Assembly: GCF_009914755.1 (NCBI RefSeq)
Contig: NC_060948.1
Source of the DNA: the human T2T-CHM13v2.0 reference genome, Homo sapiens
Length of the DNA stretch: 64,000 nt
Strand: one strand, 5' to 3'
This document shows, piece by piece, positions 41,801 to 56,800 of the stretch. A program made the position numbers and the translations under genes. The notes beneath the pieces are model-generated. The model worked only from the letters and a program-made list of their open reading frames with translations. It was not told the origin of the DNA and made no database searches. Position 1 is the first letter of the stretch. Each line of letters starts with the position of its first letter.

Positions 41801-44800
41801 GGAATGGAATAGAAAGGAATGGAATGAAATGGAATGGAAAGGATTCGAATGGAATGCAATCGAATGGAATGGAATCGAACGGAATGGAATAAAATGGAAG
41901 AAAACTGGCAAGAAATGGAATCGAAATGAATGGAGTGTTATGGAACGGACTCAAAAGGAATTGAATGTAATAGAATGGAGTGGAGTGGACTCGAATATAA
42001 TGGACTGGAATGGAATGAAATCACATGGAATGGGAACGAATGGAATGGAATGGAAAGGAATGGAATCGAATGGAAAGGAATCGAATGGAAGGGAATGAAA
42101 TTGAATCAACAGGAATGGAAGGGAATAGAATAGACGGTAATGGAATGGACTCGAATAGAATGGACACGAATGCTCAAATTGAATGGACTCCAATGGAATG
42201 GAAACGAAAGGAATGTCATCGAATAGAATTGAATCGACTGGAATGAAATCGCAAGAATGGAGTGGAATCAAATGGAATTGAATCGAAAGGAAAGGAAGCG
42301 AATGGACTGAAATGAAATGGAATGGAATTGAATGGAAAGTAATGCAATGGAATAGAATGGAACGAAATTTCACGGAATGGAATCAAACTGAAAGGAATCA
42401 AATCTATGGAATCAAATCAAATGGAATGGAAAGGAATTGAATGGAGTAGATTGGATTGGATGGGATTGGAATGAAATGTACTGGAAAGGACTCGAATTTC
42501 ATGAAACGGAATGGAATGAATTGGAACGGAATGGACTCGAATGGAATGGAATGTCATGGAATGGCATCAAATGGAATGGCATCAAATGGAATGGAATCGA
42601 ATGCAATGGAATGCTATGGAATGGAATGGAATGCATTGGAATGGAATGTCCTCTAATGGAATGGATTCGAGTGGAATGGAATCGAATATAATGGAGTCGA
42701 ATGAAATGGAATTGAAAGGAATGGGATCGAATACAATGGAATATGCTGGAATGTAATGTAATGAACTCGAATGTAATTGACTGGAATGGAATGTACATGA
42801 ATGGAATGTAATCGAATGGAAAGTAATCCAATGGAATAGAATCTAATGCAATAAAATCGACTCAGATAGAGTAGAATGTAATGGAATGGAGTGCAGTACA
42901 ATGGAATGGAATGGAATGCAATGGAATGGAATGGAATGGAATGGAATGGAATGGAATGGAATGGAATGGGATGGAATGGGATGGAATGGTATGGAATGGA
43001 TAGTAATGGACTGGAGTGAAATGGACTGGAAAGTAATGGACTCAAATTGAAAGGGCTCGAAAGGAATGGAGTCAAATGGAATGGTCTGGAATGGAATGAA
43101 CACGAATGTAATGCAATCCAATAGAATGGAATCGAATGGCATGGAATATAAAGAAATGGAATTGAAGAGAATGGAAACAAATGGAATGGAATTGAATGGA
43201 ATGGAATTGAATGGAATGGGAACGAATGGAGTGAAATTGTATGCAGTAGAAGGGAATAGAATGGAATGCAAGCGAAAGGAAAGGAATGGATTGGAATGGA
43301 ATGGAATTCATTGGAATGGAAGGGAATGTAGTGTAATGGACAGGCCTGGAATAAAGTGGAATGCTACGGTCTCGAATGGAATAAAAATGTATGGAATGGA
43401 ATGCAATGAAACGGAATCGAATGTCATAGAATGTAATGGAATGCAAAAAAATGGAATCCAAAATCATTGACTGGAAAGGCTGGGTGTCGAAAGGAATTGA
43501 CTCCAATGGAATGGAATCGAATGGAATGGAAGTGAATAGAATCGAACTAAATCGAATGGAATGGAATTGATAGGAACGGAATGGAAAGGAATGCAATGAT
43601 TTGGCATGGAATGGAATCGAATGGCATCGAATGGAATGGAATGGAATGCAATGGAATGGAATGTATTAGAATGTAATGAACTTTAATGGAATGTACTCGA
43701 ATGGATTCGACTGGAATGGAATGTTCTGGAAGTGAATGGACTCCAATGGAATGGATTCAAAAGGAATGGAATCGTACGGAATGGAATCTAATGGAATGGA
43801 ATTAAATGGAAATGAATCAAATTGAATAGCACGGAATTGAATTGAATGGAATGGAATGCAATGGAATCTAATGAAACAGAAAGGAAAGGAATGGAATGGA
43901 ATGGAATGGGCTGGAATGGAAAGGAATCGAAACGAATGGAATGGAATCGAACTGAAGAGACTGGAATGGAATGCACTGGAATGGAAGGGAGTGTAATGGA
44001 AGGTTCTCGAAAAAAATGGAATCGAATGGAATGGAATTGAATGGAACGGAATAGAGTCGAATGGAATTGAATGGAATGGAATGGACTAGAGTGAAATGGA
44101 ATCGAACCACAAGGAATGGACAGGAATAGAATGGTCTCGAATTGAATGGAATCGTATGGAATGGCATCAAACGGAATGGAATGGACAGCCACGGAATGGA
44201 ATGCACTCGAATGCAATGGAGTCGAAACTAATGGACTGGAATAGAATGGACTCGACTGGTACGGACTCCAATGGAATGGAATCGAATGGAAGGGAATCGA
44301 ACGGAATGGACTCGAAGGGAAAAGACTGCAATGGAAAGGTCTCGAATGGAATGGAAAGTAATGGAATGGAATGGAATCGAATGAAATGGAGTCAAAAGGA
44401 ATGGAATCGAATGGCAAGAAATCGAATGTAATGGAATCGCAAGGAATTGATGTGAACGGAACGGAATGGAATGGAATCCAAAGGAATGGAATAGAATGGA
44501 ATGGAATCGAATAGAAAGGACTCGAATGGAAATCACTCGAATAGAATGCAATTTAATAAAATAGGATCAAATGTAATGGAATGGAATGGAAAGGAATCGA
44601 AACGAAAGGAATGGAGACAGATGGAATGGAATGGAACAGAGAGCAATGGTATAGAATGGAATGGAATCATCTGGAATGGAATTGAATGGAATGGAATAAT
44701 ATGAAATGGAATGGAATGGAATGGAATGGAATGTCCTTGAATTAAATGGACTGGAATGGAATGGACTCGAACAGAGTGGAATGGAAAGTGTTGAGATAGA

Positions 44801-47800
44801 ATGCAATGGACTCCTTTGGAATGGTGTAGTATGCAATGCAATCGACTGGCAGGGAATCAAAAGGAATGTAATGGAATGGATTGGACTGGAGTGCAATGGA
44901 CTCGAATAGATTGGAAACGGAATGCAAAGGAATGGAATGGAATAGTATGGAATGGAATGGAAAGGAATGGAGTGGAATAGACTAGAGTGGAATGGAATGG
45001 ACTGGAAAGCAATGGACTGGAATGGAACTTTCTTGAATGGACTGGAATCAAACGGAATGGAATGCAATGCAATCAAATGGCATGGAATAAAATAGAATGA
45101 AAGAGAATCAAATGGAATTGAATCGAATGGAATCGAATGGATTGGAAAGGAATAGAATGGAATGGAATGGAATTGACTCAAATGGAATGGACTAGAATGG
45201 AATGGATTCGAATGGAAGGCAAAGGAATGGAATCTATTGGAATGGACTGTAATGGAATGGAATGGAAGGGATTGGAATGGACTCGAATGGAATGGACTGC
45301 AATAGAAAGGATTCGAATGGAATGAAAAAGAATTGAATGGAATAGAACAGAATGGAATCAAATCGAATGAAATGGAATGGAATAGAAAGGAATGGAATGA
45401 AATGGAATGGAAAGGATTCGAATGGAATGCAATCGAATGGAATGGAATCGAACGGAATGGAATAAAATGGAAGAAAACTGGCAAGAAATGGAATCGAAAT
45501 GAATGGAGTGTTATGGAACGGACTCAAAAGGAATTGAATGTAATAGAATGGAGTGGAGTGGACTCGAATATAATGGACTGGAATGGAATGAAATCACATG
45601 GAATGGGAACGAATGGAATGGAATGGAAAGGAATGGAATCGAATGGAAAGGAATCGAATGGAAGGGAATGAAATTGAATCAACAGGAATGGAAGGGAATA
45701 GAATAGACGGTAATGGAATGGACTCGAATAGAATGGACACGAATGCTCAAATCGAATGGACTCGAATGGAATGGAAACGAAAGGAATGTCATCGAATGGA
45801 ATTGAATGGATTGGAATGAAATCGCATAGAATGGAGTGGAATCAAATGGAATTGAATCGAAAGGAAAGGAAGCGAATGGACTGAAATGAAATGGAATGGA
45901 ATTGAATGGAAATTAATGTAATGGAATAGAATGGAACGAAATTTCACGGAATGGAATCAAACTGAATGGAATCAAATCAATGGAATCAAATCAAATGGAA
46001 TGGAAAGGAATTGAATGGAGTAGATTGGATTGGATGGGATTGGAATGAAATGTACTGGAAAGGACTCGAATTTCATGAAACGGAATGGAATGAATTGGAA
46101 CGGAATGGACTCGAATGGAATGGAATGTCATGGAATGGCATCAAATGGAATGGCATCAAATGGAATGGCATCGAATGCAATGGAATGCTATGGAATGGAA
46201 TGGAATGCATTGGAATGGAATGTCCTCTAATGGAATGGATTCGAGTGGAATGGAATCGAATATAATGGAGTCGAATGAAATGGAATTGAAAGGAATGGGA
46301 TCGAATACAATGGAATATACTGGAATGTAATGTAATGAACTCGAATGTAATTGACTGGAATGGAATGTACATGAATGGAATGTAATCGAATGGAAAGTAA
46401 TCCAATGGAATAGAATCTAATGCAATAAAATCGACTCAGATAGAGTAGAATGTAATGGAATGGAGTGCAGTGCAATGGAATGGAATGGAATGGAATGCAA
46501 TGGAATGGAATGGAATGGAATGGAATGGAATGGAATGGAATGGAATGGAATGGGATGGAATGGGATGGAATGGTATGGAATGGATAGTAATGGACTGGAG
46601 TGAAATGGACTGGAAAGGAATGGACTCAAATTGAAAGGGCTCGAAAGGAATGGAGTCAAATGGAATGGTCTGGAATGGAATGAACACGAATGTAATGCAA
46701 TCCAATAGAATGGAATCGAATGGCATGGAATATAAAGAAATGGAATCGAAGAGAATGGAAACAAATGGAATGGAATTGAATGGAATGGAATTGAATGGAA
46801 TGGGAACGAATGGAGTGAAATTGTATGCAGTAGAAGGGAATAGAATGGAATGCAAGCGAAAGGAAAGGAATGGATTGGAATGGAATGGAATTCATTGGAA
46901 TGGAAGGGAATGTAGTGTAATGGACAGGCCTGGAATAAAGTGGAATGCTACGGTCTCGAATGGAATAAAAATGTATGGAATGGAATGCAATGAAACGGAA
47001 TCGAATGTCATAGAATGTAATGGAATGCAAAAAAATGGAATCCAAAATCATTGACTGGAAAGGCTGGGTGTCGAAAGGAATTGACTCCAATGGAATGGAA
47101 TCGAATGGAATGGAAGTGAATAGAATCGAACTAAATCGAATGGAATGGAATTGATAGGAACGGAATGGAAAGGAATGCAATGATTTTGCATGGAATGGAA
47201 TCGAATGACATCGAATGGAATGGAATGGAATGCAATGGAATGGAATGTATTAGAATGTAATGAACTTTAATGGAATGTACTCGAATGGATTCGACTGGAA
47301 TGGAATGTTCTGGAAGTGAATGGACTCCAATGGAATGGATTCAAAAGGAATGGAATCGTACGGAATGGAATCTAATGGAATGGAATTAAATGGAAATGAA
47401 TCAAATTGAATAGCACGGAATTGAATTGAATGGAATGGAATGCAATGGAATCTAATGAAACGGAAAGGAAAGGAATGGAATGGAATGGAATGGGCTGGAA
47501 TGGAAAGGAATCGAAACGAATGGAATGGAATCGAACTGAAGAGACTGGAATGGAATGCACTGGAATGGAAGGGAGTGTAATGGAAGGTTCTCGAAAAAAA
47601 TGGAATCGAATGGAATGGAATTGAATGGAACGGAATAGAGTCGAATGGAATTGAATGGAATGGAATGGACTAGAGTGAAATGGAATCGAACCACAAGGAA
47701 TGGACAGGAATAGAATGGTCTCGAATTGAATGGAATCGTATGGAATGGCATCAAACGGAATGGAATGGACAGCCACGGAATGGAATGCACTCGAATGCAA

Positions 47801-50800
47801 TGGAGTCGAAACTAATGGACTGGAATAGAATGGACTCGACTGGTACGGACTCCAATGGAATGGAATCGAATGGAAGGGAATCGAACGGAATGGAATCGAA
47901 GGGAAAAGACTGCAATGGAAAGGTCTCGAATGGAATGGAAATTAATGGAATGGAATGGAATCGAATGAAATGGAGTCAAAAGGAATGGAATCGAATGGCA
48001 AGAAATCGAATGTAATGGAATCGCAAGGAATTGATGTGAACGGAACGGAATGGAATGGAATCCAAAGGAATGGAATAGAATGGAATGGAATCGAATGGAA
48101 AGGACTCGAATGGAAATCACTCGAATAGAATGCAATTTAATAAAATAGGATCAAATGTAATGGAATGGAATGGAAAGGAATCGAAACGAAAGGAATGGAG
48201 ACAGATGGAATGGAATGGAACAGAGAGCAATGGTATAGAATGGAATGGAATCATCTGGAATGGAATTGAATGGAATGGAATAATATGAAATGGAATGGAA
48301 TGGAATGGAATGGAATGGAATGGAATGCCCTTGAATTAAATGGACTGGAATGGAATGGACTCGAACAGAGTGGAATGGAAAGTGTTGAGATAGAATGCAA
48401 TGGACTCCTTCGGAATGGTCTAGTATGCAATGCAATCGACTGGCAGGGAATCAAAAGGAATGTAATCGAATGGATTGGACTGGAATGCAGTGGACTCGAA
48501 TAGATTGGAAACGGAATGCAAAGGAATGGAATGGAATAGTATGGAATGGAATGGAAAGGAATGGAGTGGAATAGACTAGAGTGGAATGGAATGGACTGGA
48601 AAGCAATGGACTGGAATGGAACTTTCTTGAATGGACTGGAATCAAACGGAATGGAATGCAATGCAATCAAATGGCATGGAATAAAATAGAATGAAAGAGA
48701 ATCAAATGGAATTGAATCGAATGGAATCGAATGGATTGGAAAGGAATAGAATGGAATGGAATTGAATTGACTCAAATGGAATGGACTAGAATGGAATGGA
48801 TTCGAATGGAAGGCAAAGGAATGGAATCTATTGGAATGGACTGTAATGGAATGGAATGGAAGGGATTGGAATGGACTCGAATGGAATGGACTGCAATAGA
48901 AAGGATTCGAATGGAATGAAAAAGAATTGAATGGAATAGAACAGAATGGAATCAAATCGAATGAAATGGAATGGAATAGAAAGGAATGGAATGAAATGGA
49001 ATGGAAAGGATTCGAATGGAATGCAATCGAATGGAATGGAATCGAACGGAATGGAATAAAATGGAAGAAAACTGGCAAGAAATGGAATCGAAATGAATGG
49101 AGTGTTATGGAACGGACTCAAAAGGAATTGAATGTAATAGAATGGAGTGGAGTGGACTCGAATATAATGGACTGGAATGGAATGAAATCACATGGAATGG
49201 GAACGAATGGAATGGAATGGAAAGGAATGGAATCGAATGGAAAGGAATCGAATGGAAGGGAATGAAATTGAATCAACAGGAATGGAAGGGAATAGAATAG
49301 ACGGTAATGGAATGGACTCGAATAGAATGGACACGAATGCTCAAATTGAATGGACTCCAATGGAATGGAAACGAAAGGAATGTCATCGAATAGAATTGAA
49401 TCGACTGGAATGAAATCGCAAGAATGGAGTGGAATCAAATGGAATTGAATCGAAAGGAAAGGAAGCGAATGGACTGAAATGAAATGGAATGGAATTGAAT
49501 GGAAAGTAATGCAATGGAATAGAATGGAACGAAATTTCACGGAATGGAATCAAACTGAAAGGAATCAAATCTATGGAATCAAATCAAATGGAATGGAAAG
49601 GAATTGAATGGAGTAGATTGGATTGGATGGGATTGGAATGAAATGTACTGGAAAGGACTCGAATTTCATGAAACGGAATGGAATGAATTGGAACGGAATG
49701 GACTCGAATGGAATGGAATGTCATGGAATGGCATCAAATGGAATGGCATCAAATGGAATGGAATCGAATGCAATGGAATGCTATGGAATGGAATGGAATG
49801 CATTGGAATGGAATGTCCTCTAATGGAATGGATTCGAGTGGAATGGAATCGAATATAATGGAGTCGAATGAAATGGAATTGAAAGGAATGGGATCGAATA
49901 CAATGGAATATGCTGGAATGTAATGTAATGAACTCGAATGTAATTGACTGGAATGGAATGTACATGAATGGAATGTAATCGAATGGAAAGTAATCCAATG
50001 GAATAGAATCTAATGCAATAAAATCGACTCAGATAGAGTAGAATGTAATGGAATGGAGTGCAGTACAATGGAATGGAATGGAATGCAATGGAATGGAATG
50101 GAATGGAATGGAATGGAATGGAATGGAATGGAATGGAATGGGATGGAATGGGATGGAATGGTATGGAATGGATAGTAATGGACTGGAGTGAAATGGACTG
50201 GAAAGTAATGGACTCAAATTGAAAGGGCTCGAAAGGAATGGAGTCAAATGGAATGGTCTGGAATGGAATGAACACGAATGTAATGCAATCCAATAGAATG
50301 GAATCGAATGGCATGGAATATAAAGAAATGGAATTGAAGAGAATGGAAACAAATGGAATGGAATTGAATGGAATGGAATTGAATGGAATGGGAACGAATG
50401 GAGTGAAATTGTATGCAGTAGAAGGGAATAGAATGGAATGCAAGCGAAAGGAAAGGAATGGATTGGAATGGAATGGAATTCATTGGAATGGAAGGGAATG
50501 TAGTGTAATGGACAGGCCTGGAATAAAGTGGAATGCTACGGTCTCGAATGGAATAAAAATGTATGGAATGGAATGCAATGAAACGGAATCGAATGTCATA
50601 GAATGTAATGGAATGCAAAAAAATGGAATCCAAAATCATTGACTGGAAAGGCTGGGTGTCGAAAGGAATTGACTCCAATGGAATGGAATCGAATGGAATG
50701 GAAGTGAATAGAATCGAACTAAATCGAATGGAATGGAATTGATAGGAACGGAATGGAAAGGAATGCAATGATTTGGCATGGAATGGAATCGAATGGCATC

Positions 50801-53800
50801 GAATGGAATGGAATGGAATGCAATGGAATGGAATGTATTAGAATGTAATGAACTTTAATGGAATGTACTCGAATGGATTCGACTGGAATGGAATGTTCTG
50901 GAAGTGAATGGACTCCAATGGAATGGATTCAAAAGGAATGGAATCGTACGGAATGGAATCTAATGGAATGGAATTAAATGGAAATGAATCAAATTGAATA
51001 GCACGGAATTGAATTGAATGGAATGGAATGCAATGGAATCTAATGAAACAGAAAGGAAAGGAATGGAATGGAATGGAATGGGCTGGAATGGAAAGGAATC
51101 GAAACGAATGGAATGGAATCGAACTGAAGAGACTGGAATGGAATGCACTGGAATGGAAGGGAGTGTAATGGAAGGTTCTCGAAAAAAATGGAATCGAATG
51201 GAATGGAATTGAATGGAACGGAATAGAGTCGAATGGAATTGAATGGAATGGAATGGACTAGAGTGAAATGGAATCGAACCACAAGGAATGGACAGGAATA
51301 GAATGGTCTCGAATTGAATGGAATCGTATGGAATGGCATCAAACGGAATGGAATGGACAGCCACGGAATGGAATGCACTCGAATGCAATGGAGTCGAAAC
51401 TAATGGACTGGAATAGAATGGACTCGACTGGTACGGACTCCAATGGAATGGAATCGAATGGAAGGGAATCGAACGGAATGGACTCGAAGGGAAAAGACTG
51501 CAATGGAAAGGTCTCGAATGGAATGGAAAGTAATGGAATGGAATGGAATCGAATGAAATGGAGTCAAAAGGAATGGAATCGAATGGCAAGAAATCGAATG
51601 TAATGGAATCGCAAGGAATTGATGTGAACGGAACGGAATGGAATGGAATCCAAAGGAATGGAATAGAATGGAATGGAATCGAGTGGAAAGGACTCGAATG
51701 GAAATCACTCGAATAGAATGCAATTTAATAAAATAGGATCAAATGTAATGGAATGGAATGGAAAGGAATCGAAACGAAAGGAATGGAGACAGATGGAATG
51801 GAATGGAACAGAGAGCAATGGTATAGAATGGAATGGAATCATCTGGAATGGAATTGAATGGAATGGAATAATATGAAATGGAATGGAATGGAATGGAATG
51901 GAATGTCCTTGAATTAAATGGACTGGAATGGAATGGACTCGAACAGAGTGGAATGGAAAGTGTTGAGATAGAATGCAATGGACTCCTTTGGAATGGTGTA
52001 GTATGCAATGCAATCGACTGGCAGGGAATCAAAAGGAATGTAATGGAATGGATTGGACTGGAATGCAATGGACTCGAATAGATTGGAAACGGAATGCAAA
52101 GGAATGGAATGGAATAGTATGGAATGGAATGGAAAGGAATGGAGTGGAATAGACTAGAGTGGAATGGAATGGACTGGAAAGCAATGGACTGGAATGGAAC
52201 TTTCTTGAATGGACTGGAATCAAACGGAATGGAATGCAATGCAATCAAATGGCATGGAATAAAATAGAATGAAAGAGAATCAAATGGAATTGAATGGAAT
52301 GGAATCGAATGGATTGGAAAGGAATAGAATGGAATGGAATGGAATTGACTCAAATGGAATGGACTAGAATGGAATGGATTCGAATGGAAGGCAAAGGAAT
52401 GGAATCTATTGGAATGGACTGTAATGGAATGGAATGGAAGGGATTGGAATGGACTCGAATGGAATGGACTGCAATAGAAAGGATTCGAATGGAATGAAAA
52501 AGAATTGAATGGAATAGAACAGAATGGAATCAAATCGAATGAAATGGAATGGAATAGAAAGGAATGGAATGAAATGGAATGGAAAGGATTCGAATGGAAT
52601 GCAATCGAATGGAATGGAATCGAACGGAATGGAATAAAATGGAAGAAAACTGGCAAGAAATGGAATCGAAATGAATGGAGTGTTATGGAACGGACTCAAA
52701 AGGAATTGAATGTAATAGAATGGAGTGGAGTGGACTCGAATATAATGGACTGGAATGGAATGAAATCACATGGAATGGGAACGAATGGAATGGAATGGAA
52801 AGGAATGGAATCGAATGGAAAGGAATCGAATGGAAGGGAATGAAATTGAATCAACAGGAATGGAAGGGAATAGAATAGACGGTAATGGAATGGACTCGAA
52901 TAGAATGGACACGAATGCTCAAATCGAATGGACTCGAATGGAATGGAAACGAAAGGAATGTCATCGAATGGAATTGAATGGATTGGAATGAAATCGCATA
53001 GAATGGAGTGGAATCAAATGGAATTGAATCGAAAGGAAAGGAAGCGAATGGACTGAAATGAAATGGAATGGAATTGAATGGAAATTAATGCAATGGAATA
53101 GAATGGAACGAAATTTCACGGAATGGAATCAAACTGAATGGAATCAAATCAATGGAATCAAATCAAATGGAATGGAAAGGAATTGAATGGAGTAGATTGG
53201 ATTGGATGGGATTGGAATGAAATGTACTGGAAAGGACTCGAATTTCATGAAACGGAATAGAATGAATTGGAACGGAATGGACTCGAATGGAATTGAATGT
53301 CATGGAATGGCATCAAATGGAATGGCATCAAATGGAATGGAATCGAATGCAATGGAATGCTATGGAATGGAATGGAATGCATTGGAATGGAATGTCCTCT
53401 AATGGAATGGATTCGAGTGGAATGGAATCGAATATAATGGAGTCGAATGAAATGGAATTGAAAGGAATGGGATCAAATACAATGGAATATACTGGAATGT
53501 AATGTAATGAACTCGAATGTAATTGACTGGAATGGAATGTACATGAATGGAATGTAATCGAATGGAAAGTAATCCAATGGAATAGAATCTAATGCAATAA
53601 AATCGACTCAGATAGAGTAGAATGTAATGGAATGGAGTGCAGTGCAATGGAATGGAATGGAATGGAATGCAATGGAATGGAATGGAATGGAATGGAATGG
53701 AATGGAATGGAATGGAATGGAATGGGATGGAATGGGATGGAATGGTATGGAATGGATAGTAATGGACTGGAGTGAAATGGACTGGAAAGGAATGGACTCA

Positions 53801-56800
53801 AATTGAAAGGGCTCGAAAGGAATGGAGTCAAATGGAATGGTCTGGAATGGAATGAACACGAATGTAATGCAATCCAATAGAATGGAATCGAATGGCATGG
53901 AATATAAAGAAATGGAATCGAAGAGAATGGAAACAAATGGAATGGAATTGAATGGAATGGAATTGAATGGAATGGGAACGAATGGAGTGAAATTGTATGC
54001 AGTAGAAGGGAATAGAATGGAATGCAAGCGAAAGGAAAGGAATGGATTGGAATGGAATGGAATTCATTGGAATGGAAGGGAATGTAGTGTAATGGACAGG
54101 CCTGGAATAAAGTGGAATGCTACGGTCTCGAATGGAATAAAAATGTATGGAATGGAATGCAATGAAACGGAATCGAATGTCATAGAATGTAATGGAATGC
54201 AAAAAAATGGAATCCAAAATCATTGACTGGAAAGGCTGGGTGTCGAAAGGAATTGACTCCAATGGAATGGAATCGAATGGAATGGAAGTGAATAGAATCG
54301 AACTAAATCGAATGGAATGGAATTGATAGGAACGGAATGGAAAGGAATGCAATGATTTGGCATGGAATGGAATCGAATGGCATCGAATGGAATGGAATGG
54401 AATGCAATGGAATGGAATGTATTAGAATGTAATGAACTTTAATGGAATGTACTCGAATGGATTCGACTGGAATGGAATGTTCTGGAAGTGAATGGACTCC
54501 AATGGAATGGATTCAAAAGGAATGGAATCGTACGGAATGGAATCTAATGGAATGGAATTAAATGGAAATGAATCAAATTGAATAGCACGGAATTGAATTG
54601 AATGGAATGGAATGCAATGGAATCTAATGAAACGGAAAGGAAAGGAATGGAATGGAATGGAATGGGCTGGAATGGAAAGGAATCGAAACGAATGGAATGG
54701 AATCGAACTGAAGAGACTGGAATGGAATGCACTGGAATGGAAGGGAGTGTAATGGAAGGTTCTCGAAAAAAATGGAATGGAATGGAATGGAATTGAATGG
54801 AACGGAATAGAGTCGAATGGAATTGAATGGAATGGAATGGACTAGAGTGAAATGGAATCGAACCACAAGGAATGGACAGGAATAGAATGGTCTCGAATTG
54901 AATGGAATCGTATGGAATGGCATCAAACGGAATGGAATGGACAGCCACGGAATGGAATGCACTCGAATGCAATGGAGTCGAAACTAATGGACTGGAATAG
55001 AATGGACTCGACTGGTACGGACTCCAATGGAATGGAATCGAATGGAAGGGAATCGAACGGAATGGACTCGAAGGGAAAAGACTGCAATGGAAAGGTCTCG
55101 AATGGAATGGAAATTAATGGAATGGAATGGAATCGAATGAAATGGAGTCAAAAGGAATGGAATCGAATGGCAAGAAATCGAATGTAATGGAATCGCAAGG
55201 AATTGATGTGAACGGAACGGAATGGAATGGAATCCAAAGGAATGGAATAGAATGGAATGGAATCGAATGGAAAGGACTCGAATGGAAATCACTCGAATAG
55301 AATGCAATTTAATAAAATAGGATCAAATGTAATGGAATGGAATGGAAAGGAATCGAAACGAAAGGAATGGAGACAGATGGAATGGAATGGAACAGAGAGC
55401 AATGGTATAGAATGGAATGGAATCATCTGGAATGGAATTGAATGGAATGGAATAATATGAAATGGAATGGAATGGAATGGAATGGAATGCCCTTGAATTA
55501 AATGGACTGGAATGGAATGGACTCGAACAGAGTGGAATGGAAAGTGTTGAGATAGAATGCAATGGACTCCTTCGGAATGGTCTAGTATGCAATGCAATCG
55601 ACTGGCAGGGAATCAAAAGGAATGTAATCGAATGGATTGGACTGGAATGCAGTGGACTCGAATAGATTGGAAACGGAATGCAAAGGAATGGAATGGAATA
55701 GTATGGAATGGAATGGAAAGGAATGGAGTGGAATAGACTAGAGTGGAATGGAATGGACTGGAAAGCAATGGACTGGAATGGAACTTTCTTGAATGGACTG
55801 GAATCAAACGGAATGGAATGCAATGCAATCAAATGGCATGGAATAAAATGGAATGAAAGAGAATCAAATGGAATTGAATCGAATGGAATCGAATGGATTG
55901 GAAAGGAATAGAATGGAATGGAATGGAATTGACTCAAATGGAATGGACTAGAATGGAATGGATTCGAATGGAAGGCAAAGGAATGGAATCTATTGGAATG
56001 GACTGTAATGGAATGGAATGGAAGGGATTGGAATGGACTCGAATGGAATGGACTGCAATAGAAAGGATTCGAATGGAATGAAAAAGAATTGAATGGAATA
56101 GAACAGAATGGAATCAAATCGAATGAAATGGAATGGAATAGAAAGGAATGGAATGAAATGGAATGGAAAGGATTCGAATGGAATGCAATCGAATGGAATG
56201 GAATCGAACGGAATGGAATAAAATGGAAGAAAACTGGCAAGAAATGGAATCGAAATGAATGGAGTGTTATGGAACGGACTCAAAAGGAATTGAATGTAAT
56301 AGAATGGAGTGGAGTGGACTCGAATATAATGGACTGGAATGGAATGAAATCACATGGAATGGGAACGAATGGAATGGAATGGAAAGGAATGGAATCGAAT
56401 GGAAAGGAATCGAATGGAAGGGAATGAAATTGAATCAACAGGAATGGAAGGGAATAGAATAGACGGTAATGGAATGGACTCGAATAGAATGGACACGAAT
56501 GCTCAAATCGAATGGACTCGAATGGAATGGAAACGAAAGGAATGTCATCGAATGGAATTGAATGGATTGGAATGAAATCGCATAGAATGGAGTGGAATCA
56601 AATGGAATTGAATCGAAAGGAAAGGAAGCGAATGGACTGAAATGAAATGGAATGGAATTGAATGGAAATTAATGCAATGGAATAGAATGGAACGAAATTT
56701 CACGGAATGGAATCAAACTGAATGGAATCAAATCAATGGAATCAAATCAAATGGAATGGAAAGGAATTGAATGGAGTAGATTGGATTGGATGGGATTGGA

